NCBI GenBank assembly: GCA_965198235.1
Contig: OZ240248.1
Coordinates: forward strand, 320,001-384,000
Source of the DNA: Candidatus Poribacteria bacterium
Lineage (GTDB): Bacteria; Poribacteria; WGA-4E; WGA-3G
DNA length: 64,000 bases
Direction of reading: 5' to 3'
Below, piece by piece: positions 50,056 through 60,041 of this stretch. The notes under the pieces were generated by a model. The model was not told the DNA's origin. It saw only the letters and a program-made list of their open reading frames with translations, and made no database searches. The position numbers and the translations under genes were made by a program. Every line of letters begins with the position of its first letter. Position 1 is the stretch's first letter.

Positions 50056-50589
50056 ATGCACTCAAGGGGTTTAAAACGACTCGTTGTGAACGCCTCGGTC
50101 GCTCGTGCTGCTGGTGGTGCAGGGGCAACTGAGCTGGTATCAATCAGTTGCACCGAATTCCTTGAGACCTTTCGAGACGAATCCTCACACCACGTCGTGA
50201 TGACATTTGAATTATCCGAAGAGTGGGATGAGCATCAATCGAATTTTGCAGCCGAATGGTTAGGAAATATGATTGCCACAAGGAGATTCCACTATATCAA
50301 GCTTCCTCAAAATAGAGTGTTGTATGACGAAATTGAAGCAACAGCGGTTCGGGAAGCAGACATCAACGCGATGCTAAAGGATTTTCACCTCCTCGGAGCA
50401 GCACTTGCAACTGATCAAACCATTGTTTCGCTTGATGAAACCATCCGCGGGCTTTTCGCACGCGCCTCACAACAGGTCAATGAAATCAGGCACATCATTT
50501 GGGTGAATCCAGATCGGATGGCAGAACATCCCATCACGTGGCTCCAAAACGGCGCACCCCCTGAAGTACATCGTAGGCTTTCTGCCTGA
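50056..50589 (+). CDS. PIN-like protein
   Basis: 'LVVNASV', 'KDFHLL.AA', 'IVSLD'; starts 1 nt after the ATPase stop. Confidence 0.6.
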   Translation: MHSRGLKRLVVNASVARAAGGAGATELVSISCTEFLETFRDESSHHVVMTFELSEEWDEHQSNFAAEWLGNMIATRRFHYIKLPQNRVLYDEIEATAVREADINAMLKDFHLLGAALATDQTIVSLDETIRGLFARASQQVNEIRHIIWVNPDRMAEHPITWLQNGAPPEVHRRLSA

Positions 50590-50657
50590 TTCTACATTCA
50601 TTGTTGGAATCGTGAGCACAGCTCGCTCCTACAGGGCGCGTAGGAATTGATGTCCCC

Positions 50658-51530
50658 TTACCCTTGCCAATTCAGATCGATGCTGGCGTACCCACGCGTA
50701 TACTGCTGAAAATGTGGTGGCAAGTCCGCCAAGAACTGCTTGCCCTCGTCTGGAATCTCCCACGGAATATTGATGTGGTGATCCCGACTCCGAAAACCGA
50801 CACCGCACGACAACCGAATTTCATCAATCTGGTTCGGGAACGCGCCGTGATACGTCCGATGCGCAAACACAATCATGTCACCCGGATTTGTGAAAAGTGG
50901 CACCAAGCCCGGAATATCGAAACCCACATAAGCCTTCTCTTCTTCACCGATCTTATAAAAGGAGCGTCTGTCCGCTGTCAGGTTGAAGCCTTCGGGGCCC
51001 TCCCAATTCTCCACGTGGGAACCCTCAATTACGCACAGCCCACCGTGTTCCGGACGAGAACCCGTCAAGTAGAACCATTTGCCCGAGGGCCACAACCCGC
51101 GGTTCAGTACATCACCCGAATTTTTCGGTGCACCTGTCGAGAATCCGCACCAGTCGGTGTGCCATGCAACGGGTTGAGATCCGGGCATCCGAATGATAGC
51201 GGCAGATCGGTGAAGCGTCAATTTCTTTGTACCAATCAGGTGGCGGTGGATTTTCATAAAGGGTTCGTATCCCATCAGCTGCCACGCTCCGGGTCCCGAC
51301 TCAATCCAAACGTGTCGGGTGTGACTCTGCCCATGCTCTAATTCTCTTTTCGGATCTGTGCCATCGAAGACCGCCTGCTTTAAACTGTCAACTAAGTCAG
51401 GAGGTAGGACATCCTTGATAATCGCAAAACCGTGTGCCTCAAGGCATTCGGACACGAGGGAAAGTTGATCGGTTTCAAACTCGTAAGTGTAGCCGAGTTC
51501 AGGTTTTTGAATCTCTAAATATTCTTTCAT
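50658..51530 (-). CDS. PhyH family dioxygenase
   Basis: 'AWHTD', 'GGLCVIEGSH', 'TYHGA'. Confidence 0.88.
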   Translation of the reverse strand: MKEYLEIQKPELGYTYEFETDQLSLVSECLEAHGFAIIKDVLPPDLVDSLKQAVFDGTDPKRELEHGQSHTRHVWIESGPGAWQLMGYEPFMKIHRHLIGTKKLTLHRSAAIIRMPGSQPVAWHTDWCGFSTGAPKNSGDVLNRGLWPSGKWFYLTGSRPEHGGLCVIEGSHVENWEGPEGFNLTADRRSFYKIGEEEKAYVGFDIPGLVPLFTNPGDMIVFAHRTYHGAFPNQIDEIRLSCGVGFRSRDHHINIPWEIPDEGKQFLADLPPHFQQYTRGYASIDLNWQG

Positions 51531-51582
51531 AAGTGAACTCCTATGTTTTCCTCCGTGTAAAACAAGTCTGGTTGCCTATGTT

Positions 51583-52279
51583 GTGATAGCACCCAACGCC
51601 TAAAGGCGTGGGCTTCGGTTTCATAGCGACTGCGGTTTTCTCAGAGAGTCCACCGTCTTACTGTCGCTCCACCAGAGAGCTCTTATCCTGTATCAGAACA
51701 GGTTTATGGTCTCCTTAGACCGCTACCCCAGCTCGCAAAATGTTTATCGCAGCATTTATATCTCTATCGTGAGACGTGCTACAACTTGGACAAGTCCAAT
51801 ACCTGTCCCTAAGTGTGAGGGTTTCGTTCTTATATTCGCAGACGTGGCAGACTTTCGTTGTCGCCTGCCACCGTCTCGCCTTGGCGAGTGTTTTTCCGTA
51901 TTTAGCAGATACCCATTGAAGTATCCTGACGAACTCACTGAAAGCAAGGTCGGAGATTTTTCGACCCCACAGGCGTTTCATACCCTCAAGATTCAGGGTT
52001 TCTATGGACTTGCACACCGTGCAAATCGTCTATTAGGTTGCCAATCTGTATTAGATTCGACTGGTGATATAACTCATATTTTTCCGTTTTCATGGGAGAC
52101 CTTCACGTATCACGCTTTTATCCCCTGTCAAGTGGGAGGCAAGCACATAGCCTTGCGACTATGCTTGACATGCTTGCCTACGTGATACTATTAATTATAT
52201 TACATTTTTAGGTAGAAGTCAAGTCTTTGGCGGTCTTATATCCCAAACCTAAAGGATTCGGCTTTACGACCGAAGTCCC
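51583..52279 (-). mobile_element. Internally deleted IS200/IS605 element with intact ends
   Basis: Left-end hairpin downstream of TTAC, right-end hairpin CCCACGCC-TTTA-GGCGTTGGG followed by TCAC; 697 bp. Confidence 0.85.
51715..52093 (-). pseudogene. tnpB: tnpB remnant
   Basis: About 30 N-terminal codons (MKTEKYELYHQ...) joined out of frame to the RuvC-II/Zn ribbon/RuvC-III end ('DRDINAAINI'). Confidence 0.85.
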
Positions 52280-52450
52280 GTAAATGCTGAATGTTGTCGG
52301 CATTCTAATAGATATTCACTGTTTCGTCAATCCCAATTTTTGCTCGGAAACGAAATGTCCCTACCCAATAAGTTATGCGCTTGCACTAATTGCCAAGTTT
52401 TGTTAAAATATTATTACTTTAGACAAGTCCGAGCGAAAAGCAGATAAACT

Positions 52451-53248
52451 ATGGCAGACTATACTGTGAGTTCAGGAAACGTTTTTAAAGATTTGGAACC
52501 TCTTTCCCCTGACGAAAGATTGGCGAAAGCGAAATTGGCATATAAAATCAATTGTCTGATTGCTGATCGGGATATGACGCAAAAGGAAGCTTCGGAAGTG
52601 ACGGAGTCAGTCCAACGCATCACACATACGGACACAAATTATCCAGCAGGATTGGAGCAGTATTTAAAAACAGAAACGCCGGAAACGATTTGGGTGCACG
52701 GGAATATCGGCTTATTACCCGGGCAGAACACTTCCTTAAAAGGAGATCTCTGGGCACTTTTCTGCTCCAGCAAATGTCCGGGAGAGATTATCCTGAAAGC
52801 ACACGATTTAGCACAGAAATTTAAGGAAATAGGTATTCCAACGATCAGTGGGTATCACTCCCCAGTTGAGCAGGAATGCCTACGTGTCTTACTGCGTGGC
52901 TCACAACCAATTCTCTTATGTCCGGCACGGAGCATCGAAAACATGCGACACAAACCAGCGTGGAAAGACGCATTAGCCGAAGAGCGTCTATTAATCCTAT
53001 CTATTTTTGGGAGTCACCATCGGCGATCAACAGCGGCATTGGCGAATCAACGCAACGCTTTTGTCGCAGCACTTGCGGACAAAATTTGTATAGCGCACGC
53101 TGCAGAGGATAGCAAAACCCTGGAATTCGCGCAGATGGTGTTGGCGTGGGGTAAGCCCGTTTTCACCTTTGAAACACCAGCAAACAAGGCACTTTTTCAA
53201 CTTGGGGCGCGACGGATGGAACCGTCCCTAAATGTAAAGCAAGGATAA
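52451..53248 (+). CDS. Truncated XRE/HTH_37 N-terminus fused to DprA/SMF-like (SLOG) domain
   Basis: 'SSGNVFKDL...TQKEA' then 'ALFCSSKCP', 'ISGYHSPVE', 'RNAFVAALAD'. Confidence 0.75.
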   Translation: MADYTVSSGNVFKDLEPLSPDERLAKAKLAYKINCLIADRDMTQKEASEVTESVQRITHTDTNYPAGLEQYLKTETPETIWVHGNIGLLPGQNTSLKGDLWALFCSSKCPGEIILKAHDLAQKFKEIGIPTISGYHSPVEQECLRVLLRGSQPILLCPARSIENMRHKPAWKDALAEERLLILSIFGSHHRRSTAALANQRNAFVAALADKICIAHAAEDSKTLEFAQMVLAWGKPVFTFETPANKALFQLGARRMEPSLNVKQG

Positions 53249-53281
53249 ATCGTGCCTTAAGGCACAATTTGGAGGAAAATA

Positions 53282-54184
53282 ATGGCGAAAACCGTTTTTC
53301 TGGGAGACCACGAACTCACCTTTCCCGGTCCACATCTCGGTGCGCTTCGGGACTGCAACGCTGTACTCGATTCAGCAGAAGGCTTACACAAACAGATAGC
53401 GGAGGACGGGTATCTTCTCGTTCGTGGCTTAATCGATAAAGAAAAAGTTGTCGCGGGACGTCGGGCTATTCTTGAATACGCCAATGGCAATGGAAAAGAC
53501 GAGGTTTTCAAGTCCGGCACTGACATAATGGAGGCGGTTGCCGGTGAAGGAAGTCCTGGGCGAACAATGGGCACGCCCGCCGTTACGCACCATCCAGATG
53601 TGCAGGCGGTTTTGGAGGGGGATGAGCTTTTCAAATTCTTCCGAACTTTTTTTAGCGGCGATACCCGTACTTTCGATTACAAGTGGCTACGGTTCGTCCG
53701 CCCTGACGGCTGGTCGGGACCACATTTCGATTTCGTTTATATGGGGAGGGGTTCAAAGCAGTTGCACACCTGCTGGGTGCCGTTCGGCGACGTGCCAGCA
53801 ACGATGGGAACATTGACTGTGCTTGTCGGTTCACATAACCTCCCAAGCTTCGCGCCGATTCGGGATACTTACGGCAAAACAGATGTTGACAAAGACGGCA
53901 CCCCTGGACATTTCGGGCGCATTCCGATGGAGATCAGTGAAAAATATGGGGGTGAGTGGCAGACAGCAGATTTCGAGATGGGGGATGTCATCATCTTTAC
54001 CATGCACACGATGCACACCTCTACGAAGAATCTCTCCGATAGATGGCGAATCAGTTGTGACATCCGTTTCCAACCCGCAGCACATCCGATTGATGAGCGG
54101 TGGATCGGCAAAAACCCAATCTCTCACACGGGCAGCCAGAAGATTTCGTTTGAGGAAGCAAAAAAGCAGTGGGGACTGGCGTAG
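53282..54184 (+). CDS. PhyH family dioxygenase
   Basis: 'PHFDFVYM', 'VGSH', 'TMHTS', 'RISCDIRFQ'. Confidence 0.88.
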   Translation: MAKTVFLGDHELTFPGPHLGALRDCNAVLDSAEGLHKQIAEDGYLLVRGLIDKEKVVAGRRAILEYANGNGKDEVFKSGTDIMEAVAGEGSPGRTMGTPAVTHHPDVQAVLEGDELFKFFRTFFSGDTRTFDYKWLRFVRPDGWSGPHFDFVYMGRGSKQLHTCWVPFGDVPATMGTLTVLVGSHNLPSFAPIRDTYGKTDVDKDGTPGHFGRIPMEISEKYGGEWQTADFEMGDVIIFTMHTMHTSTKNLSDRWRISCDIRFQPAAHPIDERWIGKNPISHTGSQKISFEEAKKQWGLA

Positions 54185-54336
54185 TCCCCACATTTAAGGT
54201 GTAGCGTTTTTGAGCAATTTCTATACACATTAAGCGGACATGTATACTTTTTCGCAATTTCTATACATATCGGCGTTGATACGTATAATTTGTATACATA
54301 TCCATCCAATATTTGGTATTTAGCGCGCCCTTACGA

Positions 54337-55512
54337 TTAACCGAACAACGCTCGTCGGATCTGACGCACCGCTTGACGAATCCGATCTTCGTTCTCTACG
54401 AGGGCAATACGGATATACCCCTCGCCGTTATGCCCAAATCCCGCGCCGGGAGAAACACAGACCTCTGCCTCGCTCAGAAGTTTCATGGCGAATTCCATGG
54501 AACTTAGGTGTTTCCATGCGTCAGGAATCGGTGCCCAGACGAACATTGAAGCCTGCGGTTTTGGGACCTTCCATCCGATCCTGTTTAGACCATCAACAAG
54601 CACATCACGGCGGTTTTGGTAGACGGCAGCGTTTTCCATCACCGTATCCAATGGGGTACGCAGTGCCATAATTGCAGCAACTTGGATCGGTGCGAAAATC
54701 CCGTAATCGTAATACCCTTTAATCCGAGCGAGTGCCTCAATAATCTCACGATTTCCAGCGGCAAATCCACACCGCCATCCCGCCATATTGTAGGATTTAG
54801 ACAGAGAGATAAATTCGATACCGACATCCTTCGCGCCTTTTGCCTGCAAGAGACTCGGTGCCTTATATCCATCAAAAACAATGTCTGCATACGCCAAATC
54901 GTGGATCACAATGATCTCTTGGCGTTTCGCAAACGCGACAATCTCTTCAAAGAATCCAAGGTCAACGACGGCACCCGTTGGGTTGTGCGGAAAACTTAAG
55001 ATTAACACCTTGGGCCTGGGCCAAATGTCACGTGTGATTTCGGTGAGCGAGGGGATGAAATCGTTCTCCTCCGTCAATGGTATACTCACAACACTTCCAC
55101 CCGCGAGCACAATGCTGTACATGTGAATGGGAAAGGTCGGATTCGGAACCATCGCTAAGTCACCGTTGTCAATCAAGGCTAAAGCGAGGTGTCCAAGTCC
55201 CTCTTTGGTGCCAATGACAGCAATTGCTTCTTCATCCGGATCAATATCAACACCGAACCGGCGTTCGTAATGCCAACTGACTTCCCTACGCAGATTGTAG
55301 ATGCCACGCGAAACGGAATAGCGGTGATTCCTAAGTTCTTGTGCCGCCTCTGCCAATTTATCAATAATAGGCTGCGGGGTCGGTTGGTTCGGATTGCCCA
55401 TCCCCAAATCGATAATATCAATTCCGTGCTGCCGACGTTCGTGTGTTAACTGTTTGAGTTTGCCGAACATGTAGGGTGGGAGTCGATTTAAGCGTTTTGA
55501 AAATATATTCAT
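54337..55512 (-). CDS. Class I/II aminotransferase (AlaC / LL-DAP aminotransferase-like)
   Basis: 'DLGMGNP', 'FPHNPTG', 'HDLAY', 'SLSKSYNMAGWR'. Confidence 0.9.
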   Translation of the reverse strand: MNIFSKRLNRLPPYMFGKLKQLTHERRQHGIDIIDLGMGNPNQPTPQPIIDKLAEAAQELRNHRYSVSRGIYNLRREVSWHYERRFGVDIDPDEEAIAVIGTKEGLGHLALALIDNGDLAMVPNPTFPIHMYSIVLAGGSVVSIPLTEENDFIPSLTEITRDIWPRPKVLILSFPHNPTGAVVDLGFFEEIVAFAKRQEIIVIHDLAYADIVFDGYKAPSLLQAKGAKDVGIEFISLSKSYNMAGWRCGFAAGNREIIEALARIKGYYDYGIFAPIQVAAIMALRTPLDTVMENAAVYQNRRDVLVDGLNRIGWKVPKPQASMFVWAPIPDAWKHLSSMEFAMKLLSEAEVCVSPGAGFGHNGEGYIRIALVENEDRIRQAVRQIRRALFG

Positions 55513-55567
55513 TTTTCCGAAATCCTGATTTTTTAGATTTGTGTTAGCAAATTTGTTTTTCTATGTT

Positions 55568-57007
55568 TTATTTACCATGCTGCCAATACGTCCGTAACCG
55601 TTCGCCCCAATTCGATATTACCCGCTTCGGGCTTGGATGTACGATTTGCCGCCGATGGAGTCTCGCTTCTTGGGCAAACAGTTTTTCTTGGCATGTTTCA
55701 ATGACTTCACCGTAGGTTGTATCCTGTGCAAGGTTTTCTGTCTCTCCCGGATCGTCGTGCCGGTCAAACAACTGCGCAAGCCCAAGTTGCTCGGCATCTG
55801 GTCCAGGGGGGTGGAAATCTTCTACTCCAGAATTGCTGTTAGAAGTCGGTTTGTATTCTGTAACGTATTTATATCGCTCAGTGACAATTGCGCGTCCCCA
55901 GTAATTGCTCTCTATGTAGGCGTAATCGCGCCAAGGGACATCCTTCCCTTCCGCAAGCGGACGGACACTCAATCCCTGTACTTCTTCAGGGACATCAATA
56001 CCGGCGTAATCGCAGACGGTAGGGAATAGATCGACACCAGAGACGAAATGCGTTTCGTCAAACCGATCCTTCTCTACAGGAATCTCTTCCCCCAAGCACG
56101 CGACGATGAACGGCACTCTTACGCTTTCTTCGTAGAGCGTGAATTTCTGGAACATCTGGTGGCTTCCACACGCCTCCCCGTGGTCCGCGCTGAAGATGAT
56201 AAGCGTGTTATGGTGCCGAGATGTCTCTCGTAGCAGTGCAAGGACTCTTCCAATCTCTGCATCAACTTTTTCAATGAACCTGTAATAATTCCATCTCAGA
56301 TAACGCCAGTGGAGTTCATCCCAACCCCGTATCCCTTTAAGAATAGCCGCGTGGATAAGGGCATCATCAACCCTTCGGCAGACACGGTGTAACGCCGTCT
56401 CCCGTTCATCATAATCGAAGTTCTCTGGAAGCGGCGGCAAATCGTCTTCCGAAACTATTCCCTGTTCCAGTGGATTTGGAATATGCTTCTCCTCATGGTT
56501 GTGCAAATATTCGCACACGTCGTGCGGATCGACGTAACCGATCTGGAGATAAAACGGATCGTCGCCATCGTAGTTCGTCAAGAAATCAGCAACTGCGTGA
56601 GTAGATGCTGAATCGTAGTATGCGGCACCACCTGCCCCAATGTCCTGTTGCCCATAATAGAGGGTCTGAAAACTCTCGCGGACATTTCTGCCCGGAACAT
56701 GCCACTTGCCGCAGTGGAACGCTTTATAGCCACCTGTGTTGAGTAATTGTCCAAGGTCAGGAATTTCTGGGTGCAGGTATCCACCGTTAAACGGAACACC
56801 CGTTTCGGAGGTATATAAACCTGTCGCCCAACTGGAACGAGCGGCGGCACACACTGGGTCCGTACAGAACGACCTACGAAAAGAGGTTCCGTTCCGATGA
56901 AGTTCATCGATATTGGGTGTCCGAAGAAACGGATTTCCGTAAGCCGAGATCGCATCCCACGAGTGCTGGTCGGTGTTGATAAAAAGAATATTGGGGCGTT
57001 CGTTCAT
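55568..57007 (-). CDS. Formylglycine-dependent sulfatase
   Basis: 'PNILFINTDQ', CxAxR motif 'CAAAR', 'GKWH', 'ADHG'. Confidence 0.92.
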   Translation of the reverse strand: MNERPNILFINTDQHSWDAISAYGNPFLRTPNIDELHRNGTSFRRSFCTDPVCAAARSSWATGLYTSETGVPFNGGYLHPEIPDLGQLLNTGGYKAFHCGKWHVPGRNVRESFQTLYYGQQDIGAGGAAYYDSASTHAVADFLTNYDGDDPFYLQIGYVDPHDVCEYLHNHEEKHIPNPLEQGIVSEDDLPPLPENFDYDERETALHRVCRRVDDALIHAAILKGIRGWDELHWRYLRWNYYRFIEKVDAEIGRVLALLRETSRHHNTLIIFSADHGEACGSHQMFQKFTLYEESVRVPFIVACLGEEIPVEKDRFDETHFVSGVDLFPTVCDYAGIDVPEEVQGLSVRPLAEGKDVPWRDYAYIESNYWGRAIVTERYKYVTEYKPTSNSNSGVEDFHPPGPDAEQLGLAQLFDRHDDPGETENLAQDTTYGEVIETCQEKLFAQEARLHRRQIVHPSPKRVISNWGERLRTYWQHGK

Positions 57008-57795
57008 ACACGGTCCCCCGTCTTCTCTCTAAGTACCAAGGTCTCGAAAAAGGTTGAAGCGATAGCGATGTTTCCGTGTGCATCGAGCCACCAATAAGAA
57101 GGCAAAAGTCCAGCACCGTAAAGATAATAACCGTCAAGCGGAATAGGGGTCTGTATTGACTCAAGGAAACCGAGTCTACTTTTCAGTCTAAGTTGCTCCA
57201 AGTCTTCGAGCACGGCAATGTCCATTCCATCGCCTGACTCCTGAATTGTTTGGGCAAGCGTGGGAATCACATCGAAGAGTGCCCAATTGCATGTCAATTT
57301 GACGGATGCGTCCACTATTCCTGCAGCAATTTCAGTGCCGTTGATGCGCAGTCGCACCTCTGAATCTGAGGCGAGATAGCCAGCACACGCCAATTGGGAG
57401 TATTCATCGTCGGCACTGTTTCGGGCATCAACGCTCCAATTATCCCTAAGCGGACGATGATTTTCATCACTACAACAGAATTGCATTTGCAGATTCTCGC
57501 CGCTTGTTGTATTTTCGTATTTGACAGAATAGTGCCACAGATTGTCTTTTTTGCTCCGTTCGATGATGGCTGTTCCGATGCTCAGTGTCTCCGTGTTCCC
57601 TTCTCTGTTATAGCCACGCCAGTAGTTCGGTAGCACATTGTAAACATGAGTAATGGTCTGCCCCGTCTGTGTGCCGCGTGCGCCAGCTTCCGGGTCATAT
57701 CCGCGAAGCGTTTCGATCAATTCTTGTGCAAATTGGGGGGCTTGGGCACCGTAATTGTAGTCGAAGGACCAGTGCAGCGAATTGCTATCATTCAT
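57004..57795 (-). CDS. Hypothetical protein
   Basis: Coupled by ATGA overlaps to both nfi and the sulfatase. Confidence 0.7.
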   Translation of the reverse strand: MNDSNSLHWSFDYNYGAQAPQFAQELIETLRGYDPEAGARGTQTGQTITHVYNVLPNYWRGYNREGNTETLSIGTAIIERSKKDNLWHYSVKYENTTSGENLQMQFCCSDENHRPLRDNWSVDARNSADDEYSQLACAGYLASDSEVRLRINGTEIAAGIVDASVKLTCNWALFDVIPTLAQTIQESGDGMDIAVLEDLEQLRLKSRLGFLESIQTPIPLDGYYLYGAGLLPSYWWLDAHGNIAIASTFFETLVLREKTGDRV

Positions 57796-58481
57796 GGTGT
57801 TGGAATCATTGGCGTATTTTGGGGGACTTTACTGGATGCAGCGTTATGTGCATAACGGGTCGTTTCGGGCAATCGGTAGCCTCGACAACATGCAAGGGTC
57901 AAGGTGCGTGCTGAATCCAAAGAAATTCGGTGGCCTATGGATATGTACACCACCTGAACATTTCTACGCGTGCGAACAGCAGCACCGATCACCTCGCCTT
58001 TGTCCATCAGGTACGTGTAAGCTCCCTGTTCCGATTCCGGTTCCTCGTATTGTCCCCAAAGCCGGGATTTTGCACATCCAATCGTCGGTTTATCCAAAAT
58101 CAGCCCCAAATGCGATGCGAGTCCAAACCGCCTTGGGTGCGCGATCCCCTGTCCATCTACTATCACCAGATCAGGTTCAGTTTGCAACTGTGTGAATGCT
58201 GTCAATAGGGGCGGGATTTCCCGAAAGGACAACAACCCCGGTATATAAGGAAAACAAACAGGGCTTTCAGTAACCACGCTATCTACCACCTGCAACTCGG
58301 GAAAACTGAGGACTACCACGGATGCGCGTGCGATGTCCTTTTTCAGTCCGATATCTACCCCAGCAACGGTATTGATTTTCCCAAACCGGTCTGTTCTAAC
58401 CACCTGCGTGCGGAGTTCATTTTGGAGTCTCCGTGCTTCTTCAGGGGTAACATTCCACGAATGGAGGGCGTGATACTGCAT
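57792..58481 (-). CDS. nfi: Endonuclease V
   Basis: 'AGVD', 'PYIPGLLSFRE', 'VDGQGIAHPRRFGLA', 'IGCAK', 'RLPET'. Confidence 0.96.
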   Translation of the reverse strand: MQYHALHSWNVTPEEARRLQNELRTQVVRTDRFGKINTVAGVDIGLKKDIARASVVVLSFPELQVVDSVVTESPVCFPYIPGLLSFREIPPLLTAFTQLQTEPDLVIVDGQGIAHPRRFGLASHLGLILDKPTIGCAKSRLWGQYEEPESEQGAYTYLMDKGEVIGAAVRTRRNVQVVYISIGHRISLDSARTLTLACCRGYRLPETTRYAHNAASSKVPQNTPMIPTP

Positions 58482-58582
58482 AGCTGCCGCTGTTCGTTTT
58501 CAATGTAAACGTCGTTGTGTTTTACAATGTTTCAGGCACAAAGAAAGCGTGCGGTGGTAAACCCTCCGCAGATGCTTATAAC

Positions 58583-58611
58583 ATTATAACACAAAACACT
58601 TCGATTGTCAA
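58583..58611 (-). promoter_or_regulatory. Consensus sigma70 promoter for the nfi operon
   Basis: Perfect TTGACA-17nt-TATAAT. Confidence 0.8.
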
Positions 58612-58642
58612 ACCTTTTCAGTATAACCTATGAGTCCAATGA

Positions 58643-58795
58643 CTATTTCTTTCGCGTCGTCTCTTTGACCTCAACGGCACCGGGCTTCGTGATATGCCGG
58701 ATGCCCGCGAAGAAGGCAGAGAGGACTAAGTAACCGCCACCGATACCGATGAGGGCGCCCAAACTGCCGATAATAATTTCTATTCCGTTGAACAT
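58643..58795 (-). CDS. Small single-TM protein (50 aa), not in the ORF track
   Basis: GAGGAG RBS; MFNGIEIIIGSLGALIGIGGGYLVLSAFFAGIRHITKPGAVEVKETTRKK. Confidence 0.65.
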   Translation of the reverse strand: MFNGIEIIIGSLGALIGIGGGYLVLSAFFAGIRHITKPGAVEVKETTRKK

Positions 58796-59225
58796 CGTAC
58801 GTTCTCCTCAAATGGGATTTTTATAATGGCTCTATATGAACCTGTCGGCGTTTCTCAAATTTTGAGTTTATCGCCTGAATTATTGCATGTAGTAAACGGA
58901 AATATCTATAAGTCGGTTTCAAATTTGTACGTTAAATTTTTCCGACTAACAGGTTAATGATTAGGAAGTAGCAAGAATTATGCCATCGCAGAGATGCCAA
59001 TATGGAAGGATAAGTCAGAAAAATGTGTGTAATTAAGCACAATGGGACAAGAAATATACGCGTATGTAGCAAAATAGAAACATTTGATATGACGTGTTTC
59101 GCTGTGAATCCTTTCAAAAGGACAGATAAAACAGGGTTTTCGAGAGAATCGCTGACAGGGACGAGTATTTGCACGGTCATCTTAAAACGATACTACCCGT
59201 CTGATTTCTGTGATGTTGGAGGACT

Positions 59226-59975
59226 TTAGTCAAGCATGGCGAGAATACTGGGGGGTACAAGGTGTTCAATGGTTTCACCCTGCATCAACAGTTCTCTGAC
59301 TTCTGTTGATGACATATAAGCGTAAACGTCAGGCAACAGAACACATGAAACGTAAGGGACATACCGGCGAATTTCCGGTTGGTTCATGAAGGACTCTATT
59401 GTTTTGATATCTGCCTCCCCCCGATTCGCTACAATGAAACGGGCTTCTATAAAGAGTGCTCCCAATTCCGAGTGGAAATCTGTGTAGTATTTCGGGTCGA
59501 AGATTCTCACGAGGGTATCATATCCAACAATAAAGTGGAACTCGGTTTCTGGTGGTAAAATAACTTTTAAAGCCGTGACTTTATCAATATATCTGCCGTG
59601 GCTTGATACACCGACGGAAAACTTTGGTCGATTCTCCGCGTACCTTTTGAGTGTCAAGAGCCTCGCGGCAAGCGGTAAGCCGAACACCGTTTTATCTACG
59701 TTCGCCTTCGCAAGGAGAAGGAGTAGTTCGTCCAACTGGTATTCAGCAATTGTGTCCTCAATCATCTTGGTATGCGCAAGCGTCAGCGGATTAAAGGAAC
59801 CTGAAAAAATGCCGAGCTTCTTACCGCGTTCAGATATTGATGGTTCTGCCCGGTGTACCAGTTCTATCCGCGGCGATGCTGTTGGATCCAACCGATTAAA
59901 GAGTTCGGTGTACCGTTCATAGTCCGGATGATTTTCGCACTTTTGTATCAACAGATCCAGTAGTGAGTTAGCCAT
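59226..59975 (-). CDS. Nicotinate/nicotinamide-nucleotide adenylyltransferase-like protein
   Basis: 'GSFNPLTLAH', 'VGYDTLVRIFDPKYY', 'SSTEVR'. Confidence 0.8.
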   Translation of the reverse strand: MANSLLDLLIQKCENHPDYERYTELFNRLDPTASPRIELVHRAEPSISERGKKLGIFSGSFNPLTLAHTKMIEDTIAEYQLDELLLLLAKANVDKTVFGLPLAARLLTLKRYAENRPKFSVGVSSHGRYIDKVTALKVILPPETEFHFIVGYDTLVRIFDPKYYTDFHSELGALFIEARFIVANRGEADIKTIESFMNQPEIRRYVPYVSCVLLPDVYAYMSSTEVRELLMQGETIEHLVPPSILAMLD

Positions 59976-60041
59976 TCGTCTACCTGTGCTCTTGTTCGAT
60001 AGCCTAAATCTCTATGTCAGGGGATTTGTGTAAAGATAGAA

